Below, in pieces: positions 35,214 to 42,982 of a DNA stretch of 42,982 nucleotides. The notes under the pieces are model-generated. The model was given only the letters and a program-made list of their open reading frames with translations, searched no databases and had not been told where the DNA came from. This DNA comes from an uncultured Bacillales bacterium (GTDB lineage: Bacteria > Bacillota_I > Bacilli_A > RFN20 > CAG-826). The stretch is from assembly GCA_946630435.1 (NCBI GenBank), contig CAMOYS010000003.1:1-42982 (forward strand), in the 5' to 3' direction. Numbering within the stretch: position 1 is the stretch's first letter; each line of letters begins with the position of its first letter. Both the position numbers and the translations under genes were made by a program.

Positions 35214-35588
35214 ATGGCAAAGCATAGAATGACCGACACGCATATCTACTGGGTTTGGAAGAATATGCGACAAAGATGTTCGCACCCAGCCAATGCCTAT
35301 ATTCGAGATAGATACTACGCTAAAGGAATTAGGGTATGTGAGGAATGGAATAAAGATTTTATCCAATTCTATAACTGGGCAATGGCAAACGGATATAGTG
35401 ATGAACTCTTACCAAATGGTAGGCACAAACTAACGCTTGACCGCATTAACAACTATGGCAATTATGAGCCATCAAATTGTAGGTGGGTTGATATGAAAAC
35501 TCAAAACGAAAACAAACAACCATACCGCAAAAACATTAATTCAAGAGAATTAATAAAACAAAAATTACATTATAAGGAGATACATTAA
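35214..35588 (+). CDS. HNH-type (homing-like) endonuclease
   Basis: W.NMRQRC, GI.VCEEW...F..FY.WA, LTLDRINN.GNYEPSNCRW.....Q..N. Confidence 0.8.
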   Translation: MAKHRMTDTHIYWVWKNMRQRCSHPANAYIRDRYYAKGIRVCEEWNKDFIQFYNWAMANGYSDELLPNGRHKLTLDRINNYGNYEPSNCRWVDMKTQNENKQPYRKNINSRELIKQKLHYKEIH

Positions 35589-35591
35589 AAT

Positions 35592-36380
35592 ATGGCAAAT
35601 ATTACTACTATTGAAACCGCTAGTTACGAACAACTTATTGCTAGTAACACAGCCCAAACATTACAAAGAGAATTACATTTAACACCAACACAAATCGCAA
35701 AGGCAAACACAACTCTTATGTCCTTAATGGAAGATAAAAAGTTAGAGGGTGCTTCTCAATTAAGCAAAATGCGTTTCGTTTATAGAGTTGCAACGCTCAA
35801 CTACAAAACCCCAAACGCTATTGCACCAGTCAAATATGGCACAAATGTTATGGCACAGCCACAATACCAAGCCTATATCGAAGATATGATGGATAGTGGC
35901 TTTGTTGAAGAAACCAACGCATTAGCAATTTATAAAGGAATTGACTACAAAGCAAAACTCAATAAATGGGGTTACAAAGAATTAACTATTCCAGAAATTG
36001 AAATCAAAGCGGACGACCTATTTACCAAAATGGAAATTATCGGTTATTACGCTTATGCAAAATGCAAAGATGGTCGTATGGTTACTTGCTTAATGTCTAA
36101 CAAAGAACTTGACGACTGGGCAATGCGTTACTCAATTTCTCAAAAAGCATTTAAGAGTGGCAAGGCAACATCTTCTATTTGGAACGACAACCGAGAAGAA
36201 ATGTGCTTAAAGACTTGCATTAAAGCGGTCGCAAGACAAGTCCTTAAATACCACCCATACGATAGACTTGCTCAATTAGTCGAAATCGACCAACAAGTCT
36301 TTACCGAAAAAGGAACTTCATACGCTGACAACCCAGCAAATTCCCAAGAAGTGTCGAATAAGATAGTTGCGGAACAATAA
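35592..36380 (+). CDS. recT: RecT/Red-beta-like single-strand annealing protein
   Basis: V.YG...Q..Y, IIGYYAYA, S.W......M..KT..K; partner of YqaJ. Confidence 0.78.
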   Translation: MANITTIETASYEQLIASNTAQTLQRELHLTPTQIAKANTTLMSLMEDKKLEGASQLSKMRFVYRVATLNYKTPNAIAPVKYGTNVMAQPQYQAYIEDMMDSGFVEETNALAIYKGIDYKAKLNKWGYKELTIPEIEIKADDLFTKMEIIGYYAYAKCKDGRMVTCLMSNKELDDWAMRYSISQKAFKSGKATSSIWNDNREEMCLKTCIKAVARQVLKYHPYDRLAQLVEIDQQVFTEKGTSYADNPANSQEVSNKIVAEQ

Positions 36381-36485
36381 TTCCATAAAATTCTCCCTTT
36401 ATTTCTCATAGCAACTGGCTTCCGCAACTAATTATTCTTGGAGGCGATAACCAAGTAAAAAACACCTCTCAAAAGGAGGCTGAAT

Positions 36486-36722
36486 ATGAAACTAATTATC
36501 ACAAAAGAATACGAACTAAATTACGAAGATGGCGAATATATTGCCAAACAACTAAAAGAACGCAAAATTTCTCAAAAAGATATTGCGAAAGCGTTAGGTC
36601 TATCGGCTAGTTATGTGTCCCTTGCCCTCTACGGACGCAAAAAAGCCCCTCTACGCTTAATTAATTACTTAGTCGATACATTAGGCATATCGCTTAAATT
36701 CGAGGGCTTAATTGTCTTATGA
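36486..36722 (+). CDS. XRE-family HTH protein
   Basis: ISQKDIAKALGLSASYVS....G.K. Confidence 0.85.
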   Translation: MKLIITKEYELNYEDGEYIAKQLKERKISQKDIAKALGLSASYVSLALYGRKKAPLRLINYLVDTLGISLKFEGLIVL

Positions 36723-36895
36723 AAGTAATTCTAAAAAATGACGAGTGTTCTATCGAATATACAAAGGTCGATAGCGTGAAAGAAACAAAAGAGGGAATTT
36801 GGATATTTCACTCAAACGGAAAAGCAAGATTTTATACCAAGAGTGAGTTTCCTAAAACGGAGGTAATTAAAGATGGCAAAACGAAGAATGATTAG
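36719..36895 (+). CDS. Small hypothetical protein (58 aa)
   Basis: Translated by hand: MKVILKNDECSIEYTKVDSV...; ATGA overlap, fills the gap. Confidence 0.6.
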   Translation: MKVILKNDECSIEYTKVDSVKETKEGIWIFHSNGKARFYTKSEFPKTEVIKDGKTKND

Positions 36896-37544
36896 TTTAG
36901 ACATTATTGATAAAGACGCTTTTATCTCAATGTCGCAAACAGCACAAAACCTTTATTTTCACATAGTAGGTAGAGCCGACGATGATGGCTTTTGTGGAAA
37001 CATATTTGGAATTATGAGGCTACTCGGCTCGTCAATGGACGATTTAAGTGCATTGATAAATAGACGCTTTTTGCTCGAATGTAAAGATGGTGTTTTAGTA
37101 GTTAAACATTGGTGGATACTTAATCAAAAAAGAAAAGATAGATACACACCTAGCGTTTATCTTAAAGATAACCTCTTATATCTTGATGAAAATAATGCTT
37201 ACACCGAAAAGGTTACCGCAATACCTTATTCAAGTGCTTGGCAACCAAGTGGCAACCAAGCGGTAACACAAGATAAGTTAAGTAAAGATAAGATAAGTAA
37301 AAATAAGTTAATAGAAGATAAGTTAAGTTTAGTTAAGGATAATGAATGTCTTTCTAATAAGGGGGAAAGTATCCTCGCTCAACAATACATTGCTAAATTG
37401 CACGAACTAGGGGTTACCGACCACGACAAAGTTATCGTTGATTATTTCAACAATGATGGCGACCCAATGCGTGTATCTAACTTAATAACTGAACTAAAAA
37501 CAAATAAAGAACTTAATATTAATGAATTTTTGGAGAGTTTTTGA
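36873..37544 (+). CDS. Replication initiator (replisome organizer family)
   Basis: MA.RRM....I...D.F..M...AQ.LYFH....ADDDGF, VVKHW...N..RKDRY.PS.Y. Confidence 0.88.
   Translation: MAKRRMISLDIIDKDAFISMSQTAQNLYFHIVGRADDDGFCGNIFGIMRLLGSSMDDLSALINRRFLLECKDGVLVVKHWWILNQKRKDRYTPSVYLKDNLLYLDENNAYTEKVTAIPYSSAWQPSGNQAVTQDKLSKDKISKNKLIEDKLSLVKDNECLSNKGESILAQQYIAKLHELGVTDHDKVIVDYFNNDGDPMRVSNLITELKTNKELNINEFLESF
37239..37330. repeat. Probable replication origin iterons inside the initiator gene
   Basis: Tandem TGGCAACCAAG x2 (37239, 37250) plus degenerate CGGTAACACAAG, then purine-rich AGATAAG(TTAAG) repeats. Confidence 0.7.
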
Positions 37545-37548
37545 ATTT

Positions 37549-37839
37549 ATGAATAGTAGAGTTAGTGAATTAGAAATGGCTATCGCTTCCTACGAATTTG
37601 CTGAAATGCTTACGGAAACGCAAAAAGCCGAACTTAACGAATTGAAAGCCGAACTCGAAACATTACGAAAGAAAAGTGGTATCGCTGTAAAGATAGACGG
37701 CAAGTGGTATTTAACTGATACACCAACCCTACCTTTATGCGAAACACCTACATTGTTCGATAGTGTAGAGGAAGCAAACGAATATCTTAAAAAAGCCGAT
37801 TTAGGCAATAGGAGGAATATTGAATATGAAAGATATTAG
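37549..37839 (+). CDS. Hypothetical protein
   Basis: ORF track 37522..37839; ATG 37549 follows GGAG RBS. Confidence 0.65.
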   Translation: MNSRVSELEMAIASYEFAEMLTETQKAELNELKAELETLRKKSGIAVKIDGKWYLTDTPTLPLCETPTLFDSVEEANEYLKKADLGNRRNIEYERY

Positions 37840-38461
37840 ATTACTAGCATTAATTACATCTTTAGTAGGGGTGGGCGGTGTTGTTGCCCTCTCTACTATT
37901 CAAGGAAATGGCGGGGCGGTCGATTTCAAAGCCAACGCTTCATATACTTGTGCGAGCGTCCATTATGGTATGCAAGACAACGATTTAAGCGGATATATTG
38001 CGACTTACGGAACTACTTACACAGAAGCCAAAAGTCCATACGAAAGTTTAGGCTATGCGACTGGAATTACTATTACAAGTTTTAGTGTGACTGGTGCAAA
38101 CGCTCAATGGCTCGATGTCGGCACAAAATACACAATTAACAAAGTTACTTACACTAGCGATAAGACACACGGACTTAAACTTGGCACATCGAAAAATCAA
38201 ACAAATTTGCAATATGTGTTCGATAAAAATGTTATAGGCTGTGATATTTATGCGATTGGTTGGAACGATGATGGTATTACTATTTCGGTCAATGGTGGTG
38301 CAAGCCAAGATGTCGCCAAGAACACTGATATTAGTGGAACTTTCGATGATAAAGCCATCACTTACACCAGATACCATTTCGATTTTGAAAGCACAAATAC
38401 ATTAGAAATCGCCACAACCAAAAGATTATTCATTGGCGATATTGCTTTAAGGGTAGCCTAG
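37826..38461 (+). CDS. Membrane-anchored/secreted beta-rich surface-type protein
   Basis: MKDIRLLALITSLVGVGGVVALS signal/TM segment then T/S/G-rich beta domain; AGGAGG RBS. Confidence 0.7.
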   Translation: MKDIRLLALITSLVGVGGVVALSTIQGNGGAVDFKANASYTCASVHYGMQDNDLSGYIATYGTTYTEAKSPYESLGYATGITITSFSVTGANAQWLDVGTKYTINKVTYTSDKTHGLKLGTSKNQTNLQYVFDKNVIGCDIYAIGWNDDGITISVNGGASQDVAKNTDISGTFDDKAITYTRYHFDFESTNTLEIATTKRLFIGDIALRVA

Positions 38462-38472
38462 GGGGTAGTGAA

Positions 38473-38754
38473 ATGAATATTGTTAGCGATAAAGTTATCG
38501 AAAAAACAAGAGAGTGTGGAAAGAAACTCAAAGTAAATGAGTGTGTTTCAAGACTATTTAAAACACTATCACACCTAGTTGATGAAAACCCAAAAATGCA
38601 AAATGCGGGTAGAACATTAGGCAAGGAAGATTTTGAAGAAGTCTTATCTATTATCGTTACTTACTATTCACTTGAACTATTAGCGAGAACTCATAGTCCA
38701 AACGAATTTGAAATGATTTTAACCGAGTGTAGCGAAGTGGAGGAAATGAACTAA
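38473..38754 (+). CDS. Hypothetical protein (93 aa)
   Basis: ORF with AGGGGG RBS. Confidence 0.7.
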   Translation: MNIVSDKVIEKTRECGKKLKVNECVSRLFKTLSHLVDENPKMQNAGRTLGKEDFEEVLSIIVTYYSLELLARTHSPNEFEMILTECSEVEEMN

Positions 38755-39134
38755 TGAATAGCGTTGTATTCCTAGCCATTATGCAAGATAAAGTGGCGAA
38801 CAAAGGCTCACTCGCAAAATTCTCATTATATAGCGATAAACAATACTTTGATTTAGTTATCTTCAATAAAAATGTAATTGAAAAGAGTATCAATATCCCT
38901 AAAGGTGCGTGGGTTATCGTTGAGGCGAAACTTCAAAAGAGTAAATATAACGGCAAAAGTTATACACAAATCGTAGCAACTGATATTAGGCGAACAAATA
39001 TTAAAACCGAAGAAGAAATGTTTGATAGCGAAGAAACGCAAGAAACACTTACAAGTTATGGCGATGATTTGCCGATTAGTGATGATAATAGCGTCAAGTT
39101 GAACGATGTTGCTGACGATGATTTGCCTTTCTAG
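38754..39134 (+). CDS. ssb: Single-stranded DNA-binding protein
   Basis: OB-fold pattern (KG..V.VE.KLQ..KY.GK..T.IVA) and acidic DDDLPF tail. Confidence 0.85.
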   Translation: MNSVVFLAIMQDKVANKGSLAKFSLYSDKQYFDLVIFNKNVIEKSINIPKGAWVIVEAKLQKSKYNGKSYTQIVATDIRRTNIKTEEEMFDSEETQETLTSYGDDLPISDDNSVKLNDVADDDLPF

Positions 39135-39146
39135 GAGGCTTCTAAA

Positions 39147-39380
39147 ATGAATATTAAAAAGTATTGTTTACTTAAAAATGGCGATATTGAGTGTTGCTAT
39201 TACACAAACATATTAGGCGAGCCAATTAAACAAAAACCTATCTTTATGAAAGACGGCAAATGGTTTTTAGAATACGACAAATGGATAATCGTTGACTATG
39301 AAACTACAACCGAAGAAATCATCGCATTTGCTGATACCGAAGAAGAACTGGAGGCAATTAGAAATGGAAAAGGAAACTGA
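39147..39380 (+). CDS. Hypothetical protein (77 aa)
   Basis: ORF, AGGAGG RBS. Confidence 0.7.
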   Translation: MNIKKYCLLKNGDIECCYYTNILGEPIKQKPIFMKDGKWFLEYDKWIIVDYETTTEEIIAFADTEEELEAIRNGKGN

Positions 39381-39624
39381 ACTTTATTTAATTAAACGAA
39401 TTAAAGACTTGGAAAATCTAATTGCTGGCGTTTCTAAAAAAGAAAGCGAAAGTGCCTATTATAGAGCAATGGCGTTTGATATGCTGGCAGACCGCCTAGA
39501 AATTCAAGTTATATGCGACCCAGTCAAACAAAAATACACTATTAGAATTGGCAAACAAGAATTTGAAGCAGATTTTAAATATGCCGAACTAATAAGGAGA
39601 GCATTAGACTATGGCAAACAATAG
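39364..39624 (+). CDS. Hypothetical protein
   Basis: ORF track 39292..39624; ATG 39364 (MEKETE) follows GGAGG. Confidence 0.65.
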   Translation: MEKETELYLIKRIKDLENLIAGVSKKESESAYYRAMAFDMLADRLEIQVICDPVKQKYTIRIGKQEFEADFKYAELIRRALDYGKQ

Positions 39625-40315
39625 ACACCAAGTTTATGCGACTGGTAAAGTGGTTTATTATATAAACCATAAGCGTTTCTATAACGATAAAAACCAACGC
39701 AACGGTAGAGCCAAATGTCAGCAATATTGTTTAGATAACTTCCTAGACTTTAATGATGTTATCCAGTTCGATAGCGATACCGAGTGCGATTACTACGAAT
39801 ACTTACTTGAAAGACAAAAGCGTGGCGAAATATCCAACCTAACACATCACTTTCTAATTAAGGTGCAAAGCGAATTTGTTAATGCTAATGGCGATGTCAT
39901 ACCAGAGATTACATATAATGCCGACTTCATTTATAAAGAGGGCGACAAGCGTGTGGTGGTAGATGTTAAATCGAGCGAATACTTTTTAAACAATGACGGA
40001 GGTAGGTTTATCTTGCTAAAGTCCGTGTTCGATAAAGTGTTCCTAGAAAAAGGTTTATATATCAAAATCATCATCAAAAAGTCTAAAGGCGAATTTTATG
40101 AGTGGCACATAGGCGACAAGCAAAAGTCTGGGAAACTTATTAAAAAACAAAGTAGCCAAATCAAAGAGTTACGCAAGCAAATACACGCAACTGAAATGGC
40201 TAATCGCAAAGAAGAACGAGAAAAGGCACGCTTGATTGAATTAAGAGGTATTGAAAACCTTACTAGCAACCAAAGAAAGCGTCTAAAGGAACTGGAGGAT
40301 AAATATAGATTATGA
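39611..40315 (+). CDS. DUF1064-family PD-(D/E)XK endonuclease
   Basis: FDS..E..YY..L......G.I..L, ITY.ADF.Y, VVVDVK. Confidence 0.82.
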   Translation: MANNRHQVYATGKVVYYINHKRFYNDKNQRNGRAKCQQYCLDNFLDFNDVIQFDSDTECDYYEYLLERQKRGEISNLTHHFLIKVQSEFVNANGDVIPEITYNADFIYKEGDKRVVVDVKSSEYFLNNDGGRFILLKSVFDKVFLEKGLYIKIIIKKSKGEFYEWHIGDKQKSGKLIKKQSSQIKELRKQIHATEMANRKEEREKARLIELRGIENLTSNQRKRLKELEDKYRL

Positions 40316-40476
40316 ATAAAACCGAATTTATAGAAACTCTAATGAGTGATGAACAGCCACCAGTCACTAGGGAACTAACACCGCTCGAAAAGTGCCTAAA
40401 GAAACGCAAAGTAAGTTGTTGTGAAAAGTGCGTAAGATATGAGGAATTTTGTAAGTATGAGAAACGAGAAGTATGA
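40312..40476 (+). CDS. Small Cys-rich hypothetical protein (54 aa)
   Basis: Translated by hand: ...EKCLKKRKVSCCEKCVRYEEFC...; GGAGG RBS. Confidence 0.6.
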   Translation: MNKTEFIETLMSDEQPPVTRELTPLEKCLKKRKVSCCEKCVRYEEFCKYEKREV

Positions 40477-40792
40477 ATTACAAGATTTGATTAGAGTGGC
40501 TAAAGGCGAGGCAAGTATTGAAGATGTCGCTGAAACCTACAATGTTTCGCTTAATAGTGTTCGTTGTGCTATGGCTAGGCGAGGTATCTTCAAAACTAAA
40601 AAGAAAATCAAAATCGTTTCCCCTTATAAAGTTATTATCGTTAATTCAATTCAAGAGTGTTGCGACACCTTAAAGTTATCTAGGACAACAATTAAAAAAG
40701 CGTTGCACGGACAACGAGTTCCTATATTAGATAACTTGCAAATTAAAATTATGGAGGTAAGTAAATATGCCGAAGAAAAAACAACTCGTTAG
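40439..40792 (+). CDS. Double-HTH DNA-binding protein (candidate late regulator)
   Basis: SIEDVAETYNVSLNSV and NSIQECCDTLKLSRTTIKKAL; directly upstream of terS. Confidence 0.6.
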   Translation: MRNFVSMRNEKYELQDLIRVAKGEASIEDVAETYNVSLNSVRCAMARRGIFKTKKKIKIVSPYKVIIVNSIQECCDTLKLSRTTIKKALHGQRVPILDNLQIKIMEVSKYAEEKTTR

Positions 40793-41255
40793 TGTGAGGG
40801 AACAAGAAAAAGAAGTCCCATATACCACTAAACAATATGAACACTTATTACAAGTTACTAAATTAGAAAAGCCTAATTTGAACGATAAACAAGCCGTTGA
40901 TAATGTTTTGAGTGCCTATTTCGATTTATGTAAAACAAACGAAATGAAGCCAGCCATAAGTGGTATTGGTATGGTGCTAGGTCTTTCTCGCAAACAAGTG
41001 TTAGATATTTGTAACGGACAAGTTAAATGTGAAAGCACCGATATTATTATTAGTTATTATCGTATGCTCGAAATGTTTGATGAAGTCGCTATGAAAGACG
41101 GAAAGATACCACAAATTACTGGTATGTTTATGGCTAAAAACAACTATGGTTACACTGATGGCGAAAAAGTCCAAATCGTTAAGGAAGAATTGACTAATGA
41201 GGAAATTGCCGAGAGATACCGCAAAATGCACGAAATCGTTAGCGAAGAAAAGTAG
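40767..41255 (+). CDS. terS: Terminase small subunit
   Basis: YF..C......P..SG....LG.SR, GKI....G.F..KN.YGY.D pattern of P22 gp3-like small terminases. Confidence 0.72.
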   Translation: MPKKKQLVSVREQEKEVPYTTKQYEHLLQVTKLEKPNLNDKQAVDNVLSAYFDLCKTNEMKPAISGIGMVLGLSRKQVLDICNGQVKCESTDIIISYYRMLEMFDEVAMKDGKIPQITGMFMAKNNYGYTDGEKVQIVKEELTNEEIAERYRKMHEIVSEEK

Positions 41256-41371
41256 GTTTGGGATATTCCTTAAAACTGGATATAGTCCTATTCTAATCAC
41301 TTATTCAAAGCAAGAGGCGGAAGATATTATAGGCACTCGCTACTCTAAACAATATGTTGTGAGGGAAATTT

Positions 41372-41665
41372 ATGATTAGGTTTGTAGTCAACAAAAACGC
41401 TGATTTATCTAAATATGGCTTTGAGGAAGATACAAAAGAGTGGGTTGTATGGCAAGGCACTAGAAGATTATGGGTGCGTAAAAGCGACTATCTATTGCAT
41501 TTCAATATGATAACAAACGAAACACTTTCTATCTTCTACGATATGATAAAAGACAACATTGTTAAGTATGTTGATAAACCATTAAAACCTTGTAATTATC
41601 ACTATATAGGGCTAAGTAATGATGAATATAAATTAATTTTAGATAAACGGAATAAAGCCAAATAA
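41372..41665 (+). CDS. Hypothetical protein (97 aa)
   Basis: ORF with GAGGG RBS; last gene before the terminator. Confidence 0.7.
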   Translation: MIRFVVNKNADLSKYGFEEDTKEWVVWQGTRRLWVRKSDYLLHFNMITNETLSIFYDMIKDNIVKYVDKPLKPCNYHYIGLSNDEYKLILDKRNKAK

Positions 41666-41671
41666 GGCACG

Positions 41672-41705
41672 AAAAAAAGGTAGGGTAGATAATTCCCTAC
41701 CTTTT
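41672..41705. terminator. Bidirectional intrinsic terminator
   Basis: AAAAGGTAGGG-9 nt-CCCTACCTTTT between convergent operons. Confidence 0.85.
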
Positions 41706-41762
41706 ATTGTTTTGTGGCTCTATGGTGCATTTTTGGAAGAAATAGAGGTATTTGAGCAAAAG

Positions 41763-41791
41763 AAAAAGGGTTAGCATTAAAGCCAACCCTT
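41763..41791 (-). terminator. Intrinsic terminator after the FtsK-like gene
   Basis: Minus strand AAGGGTTGGC-TTTAAT-GCTAACCCTT-TTT. Confidence 0.8.
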
Positions 41792-41796
41792 GTGTT

Positions 41797-42789
41797 TTAT
41801 CCTTTAAATTCGTTTGCCCTCACGAACAAATCTTCTAATTGCTTTTCTGGAAATGCAACTTGAAATCTAATGAGGTTAATTCCGTTTTTGAATAAAGCGT
41901 CCCCACAACCTTTTAATTGTTCCGCACCTTTTTGGTCTAGGATAGTAATACTCTCTCTAATACTAGCGGTTTTGAGTGCGATACGATAAGGCATATTGGC
42001 TTTTATAAGTCCGCTACATACCTCAATTTTAGGGTTTTGAGTGGCGACAATTAGGTGCATACCAACCGCTCTACCTTTTTGTGCGATACGGACAATATCT
42101 TGTTCTACCTCAAATCTACTGGTTAACATTAAGTCCGCTAATTCATCAATGATTATGTATGTTTCACGCTCATATTTACCGCCATTTTCGTATCGACTAT
42201 CCATTTCGTTACACATAATTTTCATCAACTTTATGGCTTGTTCCGTTGTGCTTACATAAGTAGTCCCAACTAGGTTTTTAAAGCGGTTAAATTCCGTGCC
42301 TTTTGGGTCGATAATTACAACCTCGCCTTTCCCAAATCTATTCTTGCCATACCAACCAAAGATATTAAATAGTATGTTTCTTAATAGCACTGACTTACCG
42401 CCCCCAGTAGTTCCAGCAATAAGCAAGTGAGGTATTTTATCAAAATCAAGCGTTACAAGTTTACCCTCACTATCTACACCTATAACCATATCCCTATAGC
42501 CATTTTCGGCAAGTAGTTTGGTAAGCGACACGCTCGCATTATCATAAAGCCAAATCACTTTAAAATGTGCTTGCTTTGTTCGTTCTGCTTTCAAGTTAAC
42601 TCGATGAAAAGTGCCTATTTTATCAAGCAACTTGTCAATATATTTCATATTGAATTGTGATATGTCTTTGAGGTTAAAAAAGTGGGTTTCGCCTAGTGGT
42701 GTTTGCACGCTATCGACAAGCGTAACTGGTAGTCCTAGTTCGCCAAAATTTGTTTCTATAGTCTTTCCGTTTGTTTCTAAATTAGCCAT
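41797..42789 (-). CDS. FtsK/SpoIIIE-family ATPase (motor domain only)
   Basis: PHLLIAGTTGGGKS, IIDPK..EF, EM..RY, IIIDELADLM, RIAQKGRA.GMHLIVATQ.P, IKAN.P.RI, GAE.L.G.GD. Confidence 0.93.
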   Translation of the reverse strand: MANLETNGKTIETNFGELGLPVTLVDSVQTPLGETHFFNLKDISQFNMKYIDKLLDKIGTFHRVNLKAERTKQAHFKVIWLYDNASVSLTKLLAENGYRDMVIGVDSEGKLVTLDFDKIPHLLIAGTTGGGKSVLLRNILFNIFGWYGKNRFGKGEVVIIDPKGTEFNRFKNLVGTTYVSTTEQAIKLMKIMCNEMDSRYENGGKYERETYIIIDELADLMLTSRFEVEQDIVRIAQKGRAVGMHLIVATQNPKIEVCSGLIKANMPYRIALKTASIRESITILDQKGAEQLKGCGDALFKNGINLIRFQVAFPEKQLEDLFVRANEFKG

Positions 42790-42868
42790 TTGCGTTAATC
42801 TCCCACAAAATCGAAATTATACCTAACATAACAAGTAGTGGTGGTATCGCTCTAGCAAGTTCAGTCAT
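42782..42868 (-). CDS. 28-aa hydrophobic peptide overlapping the FtsK start
   Basis: MTELARAIPPLLVMLGIISILWEINANG; AGGTGG RBS; fills the gap exactly. Confidence 0.5.
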   Translation of the reverse strand: MTELARAIPPLLVMLGIISILWEINANG

Positions 42869-42870
42869 AA

Positions 42871-42927
42871 TTATTGATACCACCTTTCGTAATCTTCACA
42901 TTTTTTAATAGGCGTATCTTCCAAAAT
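42871..42927 (-). CDS. 3' part of the junction-spanning ORF that starts at 234
   Basis: In-frame continuation ILEDTPIKKCEDYERWYQ*. Confidence 0.75.
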   Translation of the reverse strand: MLEDTPIKKCEDYERWYQ

Positions 42928-42982
42928 GCCAACCAGTCTTGTTTCCACCGGAATATAACACTTATTTGTTTCCTCACACAAG
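42928..42982. repeat. 55-bp terminal direct repeat (copy 2)
   Basis: Identical to 1-55. Confidence 0.97.

Noticed and set aside
41197-41379. 60-aa ORF after terS
   Set aside because: The gap is probably coding, but the start is unclear and overlaps terS with no clear RBS, so it was not called.
41797-42789. Conjugative element (coupling protein) inserted in the phage
   Set aside because: No relaxase, VirB4, rep gene or flanking att repeats recognised; not fully excluded.
1-42927. Alternative genetic code (TGA=Trp or TAG recoding)
   Set aside because: Genes are full length in code 11, and TGA/TAG end well-defined genes (portal TGA, tape measure TAG).
42928-42982. 55-bp repeat as a biological terminal repeat
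   Set aside because: It falls in the middle of an ORF and 55 is a common assembler k-mer; best read as circular overlap.

Overview
Complete, circularly assembled temperate tailed-phage (siphovirus-like) genome. Bases 1-55 are repeated exactly at 42928-42982 and an ORF reads in frame across the junction, so the unit length is about 42,927 bp. It is AT-rich and uses TGA as stop (code 11). Layout on the circle: (1) a ~9.5 kb minus-strand block (8351 down to 1, continuing 42927 down to 41797) of about 30 small orphan genes, containing a ~370-nt structured non-coding segment and ending in a small hydrophobic ORF plus an FtsK-type ATPase; (2) an AT-rich non-coding gap with divergent promoters, then a short serine recombinase and small accessory genes; (3) TerL, SPP1-type portal, scaffold, capsid, neck and tail genes (with a -1 frameshift chaperone pair), tape measure, a nucleotidyltransferase-like gene, two holin-like genes, two large fibre/receptor-binding proteins and a class-3 lipase; (4) attP with a tRNA-Met(initiator)-like 3' end and arm repeats, tyrosine integrase, CI/Cro switch; (5) YqaJ/RecT recombination, replisome organizer with iterons, SSB, DUF1064 nuclease and TerS, which lies ~14 kb from TerL. 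I recognise no peptidoglycan hydrolase anywhere, which together with the lipase suggests a wall-less, Mollicutes-like Bacilli host (inference). Functional calls come from motifs read by eye and gene order; no searches were run.
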